Source: Styela clava (lineage: Eukaryota). Taken from it: a stretch of DNA of 64,000 bases. The translations under genes were made by a program, and so were the position numbers. This document shows positions 26,533 through 39,444 of the stretch, piece by piece. Every line of letters begins with the position of its first letter. Position 1 is the stretch's first letter. The notes beneath the pieces are model-generated. The model saw nothing but the letters and a program-made list of their open reading frames with translations, searched no databases and had not been told where the DNA came from. The DNA lies in the NCBI RefSeq assembly GCF_964204865.1, contig NC_135264.1, positions 1,984,001 to 2,048,000 on the forward strand. The letters run 5' to 3'.

Positions 26533-28229
26533 CCCTAAACCTATTTTAAGATGACTTGCGTTCGCTCAGAATTTTAGTTTAACATTTTTACAGCGAAATA
26601 TTTTTATTATGTATTTACTAGCAGCGCAACTAGATGGCTATTTTTTCCGTTTTCCGATCTTCCGTCTACAACACAGAACACGAACAAGTGCTGTAACCAG
26701 CGCCTTTGCCAATTCACTCACACAAGTGGAAAAAACTCGCCAATCAGTTGGTCGGGATCAGGCAGTTGTCCATCATCCTGTCGCAATACGAGCATGATTT
26801 TTTGAACGGGAATTTAATATATACTGGTATCCTTGGTCATTTCGTGTCCAACAACAAAGCAATGCTTACTACATATATGGACACGAATGTCGTGCAGCAG
26901 TACAGGTGCGGAAAAGCCGCCGAGCAATACGAAATGCTCATATTACACCTCAACGGGACAGAAAATTTTGTTCCATCCCGGATAAAATTTCGCGGGAGCC
27001 CGTGGCATTGCAAGACCCGAATACTTTATTCACCATGCATGCGTTTTAAGCTAGGGCTCGACATGTGACGCATTGTGCTAAGCGATAGGAACATGTTCGT
27101 CACCGCACCCCCTGATTATCCTACATGGGTTTGCAAGGTTCCAGTAATCAAATATCAGTATTTCGTAAAAAGTAAAAAAATGCGGGAAAGTGAAAAATGC
27201 GAGAATTACAAAAAAGTTTGGGAACCACAGCCATTGACGGTAATGGATGATTGGTGTTGAGACCATGTAATGAAAAAAGGCGACAATTAAATGGGAGTAG
27301 TTTTATTTCTATATTTTTAAACGCAATCTTCAATAAACCAGCTTGAATTCCGATTCCAGAGTAAAACACGAATTTGTTAAGCTAAATAAAAGTATCTTCG
27401 ACCAGAGATAAATATCGCTCAACTAAGATAACTGTTCTCAACTACGAACGGCCCAAATTAACTTGCAACACAGGTGAACGTTACAATGTTTTCTTGAAAT
27501 TGTTTCAGCTTTAATTACTATACACATACACGCTCCTCTGTGCAAATATTAATCTCAGGCTCGTGTATTGCGATCATCATTGTTAAATATTTACCAATTT
27601 TGAATTTTTTAAACACGTTTTGCTTAGTGTTATAGCCGTGCTTGGAGAACATAAAATCTTCTAATTGTTGGTTATTGAGGGAAGTTTATTTGTGTATAAT
27701 ACCATTGTGATAGGGAGGCGAGCGTGATAGAGCACTTAGCATTCAGAACATGCACCGTTGAAATCGCAAAATTCAAAAGATAGAAAATTTGGGAGATAAT
27801 CAGGACAGGACAGAAGAGATAAAGAAAAATCCAACCAGAAGTTACAGATCGATTATAACATTTCGTATCGCTTTTTAGTTAGCTGTTTCATTAGTGAATC
27901 AGCCAGATGAATACAATGACTTGCAATAGTTGTTATACTAGTAAAGATGTGATCTACTGAATATGATTCAAACTGAATGTGATTTTATTTGTAAAATATT
28001 CAATATATATATATATATATCTATGTAGGATTTTAATATAATGATCAAACTGATCTTTTAGGCTATAATTGATTTCATTGCTAAAGTTGATTAATTTGCT
28101 CCAAGGTAAAACCCTAGTTTCCCTCCTTTCTCGAATCTAGACAACGAAATTTTTGTAAAATAGCCAAAGACAATATTCTATTCTCAATCAGAACAGTATA
28201 ATATTTTAGCGTTCATATTATAATTTGAA

Positions 28230-31200
28230 ATGGGAAGAAGATTATTAGGATTTTTGTTCGCATCCTGGCTGGCCTATCGTTTGTATGTACCGTTGCCAGA
28301 TTATTGTGACTTTCCAATAAAAATAAAGGGACTCTATAGTTTGTTTAATGCATTCGACCTTGCGGTAAGTGGCATGACTATTATTTGTTACAGTATTTTA
28401 TGTCATTGTGTCAAAGATACTTCGGGTTGAATATACATTGGTAGGCTATGGCCGATAGAAAATATTTCAGCTTTCTAAATCAGGTAGCTTATGTGTGGCT
28501 GCTACCATTGTTTTGACTTGACCAAAGTATAAAATAATTAATTGAAATGAAATGGAAATTTCTAGGCCACATTATGGGTTTTAGTATATAAACTCATTAT
28601 GGTGTAACTCACTTCAACTGCTATTATGAGTGCAAATATATTAGTTCGAAAGAATCGTTCCAAACATTTTTATATATCTATTTGGAATATATATATACAG
28701 GGAAATGTGTTCGAACTTTTTGGAGGAAGCTACTCCACGCCTTTCCATCTAACAGATTATGACCCGGGAGATAATTTAAAAGAAATAACAACTACAACTA
28801 AAACACTTGCTGGCCGACAAGTTGACATTCATCGCCCCATAGGTAGTTAATAATATTAATTTTATTTTTAAATATTCAGCGATTAACATTTATTTGAAAT
28901 TCGGAATGAGATAAAGTAAATACCAAGATTACACATAACAAATTAGTATTTGATTTGAGCAGGCCCTGTTTTTCGAATCATTAAAGAGTCGTATATCGGT
29001 AAATAAGTCATATACGTTTTAACAAATCGTCAATTTTATATTTGATCATTTCAGGATTCCCTAAAAAGAAATCTGGATCAGCTATCATATTTTTACATGG
29101 AGGTGGTTGGACGATAGGATCAAGAGGTTAGTGTTTCATTTTGTGTTGCCACAATGCCGCTAATGCAAAAATTAACTTTTTGTCATTTACTTTGTTTGTT
29201 AAGCTGCTTATGCTGTTGTGACAAGAAAAATTGCGAAAGAAACAAACATGATGGTTTTTGTGCCGGAGTAAGTTTGTTTTATATATGATTTCAGAGTAAT
29301 AATAAAATGAAAAATGGCATATGACATATTATGTAAATACAGATATCGTTTGGCGCCAGATCATCCCTTTCCTGCGGGATTCGAAGACTGCCTAAAAGTT
29401 ACAAAAGAAATAATCAAAAGAGCAAGAGATTTTGACATAAATCCGAACAAGATTGTTCTTGCGGGCGACAGCGCAGGTAAAATTACATATATTCTGATAT
29501 CCTTGTTTGCCTTTTGTGTTTTTAGCTTCCATTTATGTCTTGTTTTTTATATTTTCACAATATAACAAGACGATTTCTTTCACCAGGAGGAAACCTTGCA
29601 GTCGCCATAAGTTTGAAGATAGGTGAAGAATTTCAAAATGAAACACACCCAATTTGCATGATTAACGTTATATATCCATTCATGCAATTAGCCAATTTTC
29701 AATTGCCCAGCTACTTACAAAACAATGACGGAGGGTTGTTTTCCCCTTATCCTGTCGTTCGATTTCTTCTATATTATCTTGGGTGAGGATTTTCGTGTTC
29801 CAGTAACTTATTTTGTTTCTTTCGTGAAAATTAATATTACGGTTGAAGAAGAAATAAAATTATTTGTACTCGTAACCAAAAATATGCAATTATCAATTAT
29901 TAATACTTTTAGTTTTTGGAATCACACCAATATAATTCCACTGATTACAAGAAACAGTCATATGAACGGATTCAAAGATAAAGATATTCTCGATAGAATG
30001 AGCGATAAGTGGATTCCAGAAAAGTAAGAGATTATACTGTATATAAATATCGGTATGTGATCAATAATATTTTAGAATATTATCTACGAACAATACTGAA
30101 ATTTGTAAATTCAAACCCTACCTGTGACCAACCGACTCAAAGTTAATAATATGCATTTCGTTTAAAATACTTTCATTTTGCCTTTCGGAGTAAAATTTCA
30201 GGCATTTGATTTATTTGTTTTTGTGTATTCACTCCAGGTACTTTTCATCAGTCAAAACAAATTTCATTTCAATTGATATATCTTCCATGGTGTCATCTCG
30301 TCTAATCATGTCCGTGTTTTGTTTTCATAATACTGACAAATCTATGAAAACCACAATTAATATAGAATAAATCTCATTTCAATACCATTTTCATTGTGTT
30401 ATTTATGTCGTCATCGAAACAAGAAATTGGAAGACTAATGTTTTTTTTAAGATATAAAAAAGGTCTAGTTCCGACAGATGATGATAACGAAATTGGATCC
30501 GATCAAATGGAAACGTACTTCCTACACGCCACAAAGATTCAAGAATTCGTTTCCAATCGCCAAGTTGCACCTTTGGCCGCGAGTGACGAACATTTACGCA
30601 CACTACCCTACACACACGTAGTTACCTGTGAATACGATGCCATACGTGACGATGGAGTGAGTGAATGATGAAACCATTACAATTTTTATTTAAAAGATGG
30701 TGTGTCAATTCTTGAAAACAAGATTGACTTTATTTACCGTAATTCCAGTCAATTTATATAGTTTCGTGAGAAAGAAAAAAACAAAAATATTTTGGTAAAT
30801 GTCGAATCTTTGTATTAAAAAAACACATTGGGATATGCTGGAGTAAGACGAATATCCTGATATGGCCATTTACATTTGCACTAGACTGCATACAATTTTA
30901 GTTTATAAACATAAGTACGGATTATTGAGAACCAAAAGTCATCAACAGATATTATACTACTTATATTGTACTACTTTTTTACATATATATAGATCTTTTA
31001 AATGTTATTTTTTGAGATAAAGTTAATATGAGATACCAGGATACAATAATATATTCCAATCCTCTTCAGATAATTTTCTACGAAAGATTGAAAGATCTCG
31101 GAAAGAAAGTTACCCATCAACATTGGGAGTTTGGCGCACACGCTTTATTGAACGCATACGGAATGGTTGAATATGAAAAACTCGATCAAGCAATGGGAGA

Positions 31201-31240
31201 GATGTTTAACATAATTCAAAAAGGAGTAGACCAATGTTGA
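28230..31240 (+). CDS. AADAC/NCEH1-like esterase, copy 2
   Basis: Exons 28230-28364, 28701-28842, 29055-29126 (LHGGG), 29204-29267, 29343-29476 (GDSAG), 29587-29782, 29913-30023, 30452-30656 (CEYDAIRDDG), 31070-31240 (GAH, TGA). Intron positions match copy 1. Confidence 0.92.
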
Positions 31241-31927
31241 TAAATTATCAAATATCGTTTTTTTTAAATAACTATTTCATTAGTATTAATAGCAGGCTGC
31301 TAGGCTATTAAAGTTCTGGTCAAAGACAAATTTTGATACGTATTTTATTCTTGTTTATGACAGACGAAGCAAACAATACAATTGGGCATAAACTTATTAA
31401 TCATTGAGGTAAAATCACAAGAACTTATTTATCTGAACAGATGAGCATATTCAAGCAAATCCAAAAATTTCTTATAAGATGTGTGCGATTTTACTAATCT
31501 ATTAGTTCTTGCCTTATCGGAATAAATTGAGAATAATCTATATTATGACTTAAGACACAAGACTTTATATATCCTTAACACGTATACTTGTGGTGGCGAT
31601 CATTCTCCAACCAAATTGCTTTGTCTTGCTCTGTGTACTGCATGGGTATTCATAATCTTGTCACGCTTCTGATTAGTTTTTCACCCATTGTTGTTTGTTA
31701 TTTTTCTTTTACCAACGGTAACTTTTTTCGGTATTGGTGGATATTCGTTGTAGCCCAAACCCCACGACATCTCAGCGTGTCTCCCTCTACACTTCAGAAA
31801 GTTATTCAAAGCCCCCCACTACCAGGTCGATGTAGAATTCTACAATGGGAATCTTGCTAAAATTTTAAATATTTTGAACGAAAATGTATTGAATTTCAAT
31901 ATGGCAAACCTGTTTCCATGTTTACGT

Positions 31928-32280
31928 CAGGAATGTGCGCCCTGCGGGCCAAACGGGGAGACCGACCGGAATAATGCCCATTTTGAATGGTGTGCGGCCC
32001 GCGAAACGAGTTTTTAATTTAGTTTAATTTGATACATGCGAGTAATTTCAATCACTTTGCGTTGCGAAGTAATACCTGAATCCAATTTGTTATCTATGCC
32101 TATGACGTTTCAGTGCCCAAACATCTAGCTTGTGAGAAACGAACAACGTATACCATAATATGTCAATCAACAAAATTTTTGTATTTGCTACTACTGGCAT
32201 ATGATAAATAAAGGTGCGGCCCGCGGTTTCACCCAGTTATTTGTATTTGGCACTCCTGTATTAGAGGTTGTACACCCCTG
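31928..32280. mobile_element. hAT-type MITE
   Basis: Degenerate TIR caggaatgtgc / gtacacccctg, gcggcccgcg subterminal motifs, flanks gtttacgt / gtttatgg. Confidence 0.6.
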
Positions 32281-32315
32281 GTTTATGGCAATGCTTGTTG
32301 AAATATAAATATGCG

Positions 32316-32489
32316 GGTTCCTGTACATTTGAACCCACGACAATTGCACCTGTATATATATATTGCACCTATGGAAGTTTTTTTGTTTTGCGGATATTTG
32401 AACCCATACTAACCCTAACCCATGGGGTTTAGCCCCCGTATATAGATTGAACCCGCGGATATACACATGGGTTCAAATGTACGGTCACC
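32316..32489. mobile_element. MITE with 9-bp TSD (Mutator-like)
   Basis: TIR ggttcctgtacatttgaaccc / gggttcaaatgtacggtcacc; perfect TSD aaatatgcg. Confidence 0.85.
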
Positions 32490-32628
32490 AAATATGCGAT
32501 ATTGATTTGTGTTGTTCGTTACATACTTCGACGCAGTGTAATGAAATAGTTAGTTAATTCTGCATGACCGTAAAATTTAAACATTTTTGTTGGAAGGTAA
32601 TATATACGATAGCTAATATGTTTGAGAT

Positions 32629-32794
32629 GGTTCCATTACATTTGAACCCATGACGATTGCACCTATGGACCGGCATTGCACCTATGGAAATTTTTGTTGT
32701 TTTACGGATATTTTAACCCATACTAATCCTAACCCATGGGTTTAGCACTCGCATAATCCCGCGAATGTACACATGGGTTCAAATGTACGGTCAC
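32629..32794. mobile_element. MITE with 9-bp TSD, same family
   Basis: Homologous to the 32316 copy; TSD gtttgagat / gtttgatat. Confidence 0.82.
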
Positions 32795-33640
32795 GTTTGA
32801 TATGTATGAGTGACAAGTCACGCGTAGCCACCAAAGCATAACTATAGACGAGTTTTTGAACAGATCTGCATGTTTACCATAATATCGTAACATCAACCGG
32901 TATAATTAAACTTGGAATGGCTCGTTAAATGAAATTTTATGTTTCTAGCTTCGCCCTGAGTAAAATGAGATTCCCGATAATAACACAAACTGTTAGACAA
33001 AAGCAACCTTGCAGAAGTATTAGATGGACAGCAAACCTCAGCTTAACAGTATATTGTTTGATGGATGCCTGAAAAGATATTTTAGACAACAAGGACGTTA
33101 ATATGAAGACTATATTTCGCTTTGTCAGCAGATAATGCTTTATCGTAATAGTAGTTGCCATGAAATGAGGCACATGCTATTTATTGGAGGACATGCTATT
33201 TTTTGTAGAAGTCTCAGCATATATCTTCTTTTTATACATACCCCGATGCGTGCGACCTCCCTTTATTGGTGAAAGCGTTTTACAACTTACTTAAAGTACT
33301 TAATAATGCATTGAGTACGAATTTCGTTTTAATTCACCTCATACAAGTTACAACAAGCAACCAAGTTTTTCCGAATAAGGACTTTTTAATGTGACGCTCG
33401 CTATTCTGCCAACAAACGCTTCACCGATCTTACATTCGTGATTCAATCGCGACCGTTATGGTTCCTAGCCTTCTTTTATATTCATCGAAATAGAGTAAAT
33501 ATCAGGATTTATCACTATGTATACAATTGTAATGTATACGTAGAATCGGCAAAGGTCATTAGCATTTTTGTAAAGTGCTTTATATTTTTTCCACCTGTTG
33601 ACGTTTCGAGCGCCGTTTGTTTTACATAAATTATTCTCAG

Positions 33641-34250
33641 ATGGCGTATCAGTATGGCATGGTGGAAAGTATTTCCCTCGTGAAATAGCAAGTATGAACC
33701 CGACAAAATCAAGTGAGTTGGTGACCAGTATCGCAGATCTTTACCGCCCGAAAACTTTTTAGTATGAATTGTAATAAGAGAAATATATCATTAGCGCGTG
33801 GCGCAATTGGTTTTGTTTACTGATATATATAGTAATATTATTATGAAATAAAATAGTCCTGTTCCTAACAGGAAACAGTCCTGTTAGTTGCAACAGTAAT
33901 TTAGCAGAGCAGTTTACAAGATCATTCAATCATATACAAAAGAAGCCAAAAAACAAATGCAGGTGGCATTCGAAAAGATTTTAGAATTAATAATCAAGAA
34001 CGATTATTACAGCATTGATTCTAATTTTTCAGTCTACATATAAGACTGTATACCTATCATACTGGCTTACCGGACTGACAATTGGATTATCCGATGAAGT
34101 CATGAAATTATATCAACCATCAAATGACCTAATTTCCGTGTAAATTTAGTAATATGCATTACGTTCTATTGTTTTGCAGAGTTTGCTAAAACCATCCAGG
34201 ATCCTCGATGAAATATTTTCACGGTGAAGGTTTCACTATTAGGTCAAGAT
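33641..34250 (+). pseudogene. Decayed fourth AADAC-like copy (remnants of exons 2 and 3)
   Basis: 33641 atggcgtatcagtatggcatggtgga matches the start of copy-1 exon 2. 34180 agtttgctaaaaccatccaggatc..atattttcacggtgaaggtttcactat matches copy-1 exon 3 with an indel, HGGG changed to HGEG and the donor lost. Confidence 0.75.
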
Positions 34251-35977
34251 AATTTATAACTTAGTGAGATTCAATTCTCTTACATTTTTAAATATTCCAC
34301 CGATGCAATGTCGCGAAGACTCACTACAAAGTAAACATATAATTTATGCATGTCAGGTATTTCTTCAATATGCTTTAGTAAAGAGAAAATTGCTAATTTC
34401 ACACGGCAAATATTTTAAAAAATTTAGATAAAGATCCAGCTTGTCGATATATCTCCTTCCCTATTCTGTGATATAGGATGCATCAAAACCTTGTATATCC
34501 ATCCGTCTGTCATCCCATAAATTCTTGAAAATAATTATTCGCAAATGCGCGGTTGCAACAAGCTCAAATACGCTGTTTTGTGGAACTCTGGCTTTCTCAT
34601 TGCATTAACGCGCACCATGTATGGAATTTTTAAAGAAAATTTGCGTTGAGAACAAAGCTTGCCAATTTTAAGAAGTCGTCGACCGAAATAACCAAATTGG
34701 GCTAACGAAAAATCAAATTAGGCGCGGGTGTTATAAATGAACAATAAGATATAATCAATTACCCGTCTACAGATTATCCGTACGTTGATTCACTTGATTG
34801 TGATTAACTTTGATATTATGTCCTAGCCCTTGCTTGCTTTTTGTCTACTACTGCTCGCTCGTGGTACTTCGAGATCGAAAGCAAGAGTCAGCATAATTCT
34901 ATACCGATAGAGTAACTCTTGGTATTTCATTCAACGTAATTCTCTCTAATTAGTGCATGATTGAGAACTATAGCAACAGAAATATAAACCAGATCGGCAA
35001 TCAAGCTGTAACAAACTCATAACGTCGTCCTGAAACAGCAAACAGTTGACATGAACCTGACATGAGCAACATATTGTTCTACTGTAAGACGATACTCTAG
35101 TCTAGAGTCTAGACTTCAAGGAAATTAGATAATACCAATGCAGAGTTCGATCTGAGAAATGCATTTGAGACTGGAATGTTAGTGCGTTCCGACAACGCGA
35201 GACTAAAACGTGATCTAAAATAAACAGCAGATTGTTGTTAATTATTAACCAATGGTTTTATGGCGTTATATTATATTGCTTTAGCTGTTATTCATGAGAG
35301 TTCAGTGAGGAACAGCGCGAGAGTGAGGAAATTGTTTAGATTGTGATTTATATCTTACGATTACAGTGATTGAATTATTGGGAAATGAGGCATTTTGGTA
35401 CGACTAGATTTTTTTAGTATCTGTGGTCACGGACATTATCTTAAACCCTCCCTATCCGGGGTACTTTTAGAGTTAAATGTTAACATTTATAACTCAATCT
35501 GCAATTGACGGTCAAAACAGCTTGGGTATCTCACATAGAAGGCTCATTTATATACCCAACTTTTTCAATATCTGCCAGAGAGGCAGAACGATTCAATTAA
35601 CTACAAACTGCTGCAATTCGACATTTCAATCAATCAATCAGTTTTTTCAATGTTTTTGAAATTATCCGATGACAAAGTCATTTTCGTGTTTTCTCCTATT
35701 GTTACCGTTTTTGCAATTTCATTGAATCGAACTGCTTCTACACTGGTGTTTCTTTGAATAGTTCTACGTTACATGTCGATCGGCATATGCTGACTTCTCT
35801 GTCGCGTAAATAGATCCTGTCGTAAATATGGTGATTGTGATCTGGTTTAACGGCTTTCCCTTACATACCAACCCAGAAGTTGACTTTAAAATGAAAAAAT
35901 ATCGCTGCTCCGATGATTACATAGAGGATGTCATATCATAACTATACTTATACTTTAGAATTTTAACTTCGTTTGTC

Positions 35978-38900
35978 ATGCTTGGATCAAGGGCACTCAT
36001 TTTTATCACAATATGCATACTTGCTGTTAGTTATATAAGTTACATTAAATACCCTGAAGCATGCGATTATCCGTTGGGGATAAAAGCGTATTACAGCGCT
36101 ACAAAAATATTGACATTTCTGGTAAGTTGTGTAATCCAGTAATCTTTTTGTTAGGGTAGACCCTCAAAATTGTTGTAACGGCCTCGTGATATATATTTAC
36201 TTGAACTCTTTTTTGTTTCATTTATCAAACAACAATTGAAGAAGATTTCTGTTGTAGAGCTCTCTCTTCAAATCGAAATTGATTTTCTCTTAGCTTCTAT
36301 GTCAATATTTTCAGGCGGATTTGTCCTTGCGTTTGGGAGGAAAATATTTGACTCCGTACAGAATCTCCGAACATGATTACAGTGCACCTGTTGAAGGCAT
36401 AGAAGTTTCCATTCACAAATTCGGAGGCGTAAAAACAACTGTAATAACACCAACAGGTAGATTGTTATTATTGCCTGAAATATCAAACCTAGATATTCCT
36501 ATTCTAATATTCTAAATTTGTCAGGTTTTGGTGATAATGGAGGCGAGTCTGCTATAATATACTATCACGGCGGAGGATGGGCATTGGGTGGAATTGGTAA
36601 GTATGGATATTCCTAGACCCTAGTATTATACATTTTTCAAATATGACTGTCTGACAGGCTTAATCTGAAGCACTGAAGTAAATATATTGCACAATGTTTC
36701 GAGAGTTGTTCTTAAAGATCAATTTATTTTGTATTCAGCTATATATGCCGCATACTTGAAAAAATTGTCAAAAGAATCTGGGATGGTGGTTATTGTACCC
36801 GAGTAAGTAACTCCACAACCTCGGATTACTAAAATTAGTAGGCATTATTGCCATTATTATACCATGAATATATATTATCAGTATTGCCTGACTGTTTTGT
36901 CACCGAACAGATTGAATAAAAACGTTTGACTTGCTAATTTAGAGCTCTAATGCTCGAAGTACACGTGCTTGGAGCTCACCCTACAAAACCGTGTTACTTA
37001 AATGATTCAAACACAACAATGCTCTTCACAATGTAATGCATCGTAACAAAATGGAAAAAGTGACTGACAACCTAGAAACAACATTCAAAATACGATAACA
37101 TTGTATTTAAAGATATCGACTAGCACCAGAGAATCCATATCCAATACCATTTGAAGACTGCTTGCATGCAACGTTAGCTTTTGTCAACATAGCAAAGACA
37201 TTCAAAGTTAACCCTAAAAAGATCGTCCTAGCGGGTGATAGTGCAGGTCAGTTGTGTATTAGTTAGACATTTATAGTAAGATGGTGAAAGCCAGAAGAAC
37301 ACAATTTTGTTATTCAAATCCTTCTTTTTCCACAAAAAATTCGATATTATGATGTGAATGTGGAATACTTTGAGCACAGACTATTACTTAGGTCAAATCA
37401 GTCTACACTCTACAGATATAAACAAGGTCAAATTTGGTAGGTTTTTCATGTTTATGATAATCTATTAAAATAAGTTATTTTCTCTGTTTAGGGGGGAATC
37501 TGGCAACTGCAATAGCATTACGCTTAACAAATACCAGGAATACGAAACTGAATCCTTGTATGCTGAATGTTGTGTATCCAGTGCTTCAAATGAGCAATTT
37601 CATGTTACCAAGCTATCAACAAAATCGAAATCCGCCTTTGCTAACTCCACCAATTATGGCGCACTTCTTCTTACTTTATATTGGGTGAGTGCTTTGTTTT
37701 TTTATATAAAATTTGGTGAAAGACCTGTCACAGGAATTCACTCATCTCGCTCGCAATTGAAGTTGTGGACATAAAGGAATTCACTCACGCAAATTAGCAT
37801 TTTCCGTTCGACTTAAAAATAGAAGTCTTTCGAATATTGGGAAAGTTATTTTGAAATGTTCAAAGAAATCATTACAATTGCAATATGTTGTAATCATTCA
37901 AGAAGAAGAATTACATGTCCCGGGTGTCTGTAAAATTTAATGCATCGTAACATAAATGCAACCTTTGCGACCTTTTTTGGTCCGCGAAATATCGGGTTTT
38001 TACATATGGGATGCTCATGAGCATTGTTGGAAAGACTCCAGTTCGACTCTAGTCATCTTTTTCAAAAATAGGAGTACTCGACTAAAACAAATATACCTAT
38101 ATTCAAACAGCAATGTAAACGTGATAAACACCGTATATGTCTTATTCAACATATCGGAAATTCTCTTGATAATTTGTTACCACGATTCTTCCAAATACAA
38201 CATTAAATATATGGAATCGCATATTTGGAATGTACTTTTATAGACTAGAGAAAGAGACGAAGCTGATAACACCAATGACACATAACTTACACATGGAGGG
38301 AATCAAAGACGAAATATTATTAAAGAGAACAAGTCCAAATTGGATTCCAGATACGTATGACAGTTGATAATTTGTTTAAATACTGTAATAATGATAGTTT
38401 TTCGCTAATATGTTGTAATATACTTCGTAAATTGAATTTTGTACGCCACATTTGATTTATTGTTCAAGTCCACAAAATTTTTCAAATAATACACTAAGCC
38501 TTTTTGTTTAAGATACAAAAAACGAGAATATGAGAAACCTAAACTCCGTCCCACGGAAAATGAAATGAAATTACTTAAAACATATAAGAAAAAACTTCAG
38601 AAATTTGCCAATGATACAACGTTCGCTCCTTTGTCCGCTAGTGATGAAGAATTGAAGTTGTTACCCAGAACACACATCCTAACGTGTGAATACGACATTC
38701 TACGTGATGATGGGGTAAATTTTTTTAAACTTTTGTTCAGTGTGAAAATACTGAATTTTATAATGACAAAAAAGTTAAATTTAAACACAAGTATATGATT
38801 CAATGTGCTAAGGCGATGATATCTATTATATATCCTTCAAACACATTCATGTATATTATGCGTTTTATGATATTCACCTAAATCGAGCCCCAGCACCTGA

Positions 38901-39444
38901 TCACGATGGCCGAATCAGCTTTGAGTCACGCCCCCATTTTTTTTAATTCGGCGAAACATAATACACTTTATTCCATATACCACAGCGAATCTAGCCAAAT
39001 AAGCATGTGGAAAACTCCAAACAGGATAAAAAAAAATCGGCCAACACTGCTTCTCTTGCAGAACTATCTATACCACGACGATGTCAGTTATTAGAGACAT
39101 TAGTCAGCACACTTCTAACATAGCCAACACAATTTCTTCGCGATCCCAGGCCAATATTATTATTCGTTCAATCATTTGAAAACACATTATCCCCCCATGA
39201 GCTTATATTTGCCTACGACGTGTTGCAGTTCAAATATTTAACCCTTCTTTTTGACAATAAACACTGTTTCCAGATTATTCTTTATGAAAGAATGAAAAAG
39301 TTGAAGCTAGATGTTTCTCAACAAAATTTGGAATTTGGTGCACACGGATTGTTATCACTTTATGGAGCTGTAACCTATGATAAACTGGACAATGCCGTTG
39401 CGTATATGATAAGCCAAATGAAACACGGTCTTAGTAAATGCTAA
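35978..39444 (+). CDS. AADAC/NCEH1-like esterase, copy 3
   Basis: Exons 35978-36121, 36315-36456, 36525-36596 (YHGGG), 36739-36802, 37113-37246 (GDSAG), 37492-37684, 38244-38354, 38513-38714 (CEYDILRDDG), 39274-39444 (GAHG, TAA). Confidence 0.9.

Larger units (their letters stand above)
25526..27230. mobile_element. hAT-type MITE hosting nested insertions
   Basis: TIR cagtgattcccaaac / gtttgggaaccacag; TSD ccatagac / ccattgac. Confidence 0.72.

Noticed and set aside
26609-27068. ORFs of 62-120 aa inside the outer MITE
   Set aside because: Possibly decayed transposon sequence, but no motif I could identify.
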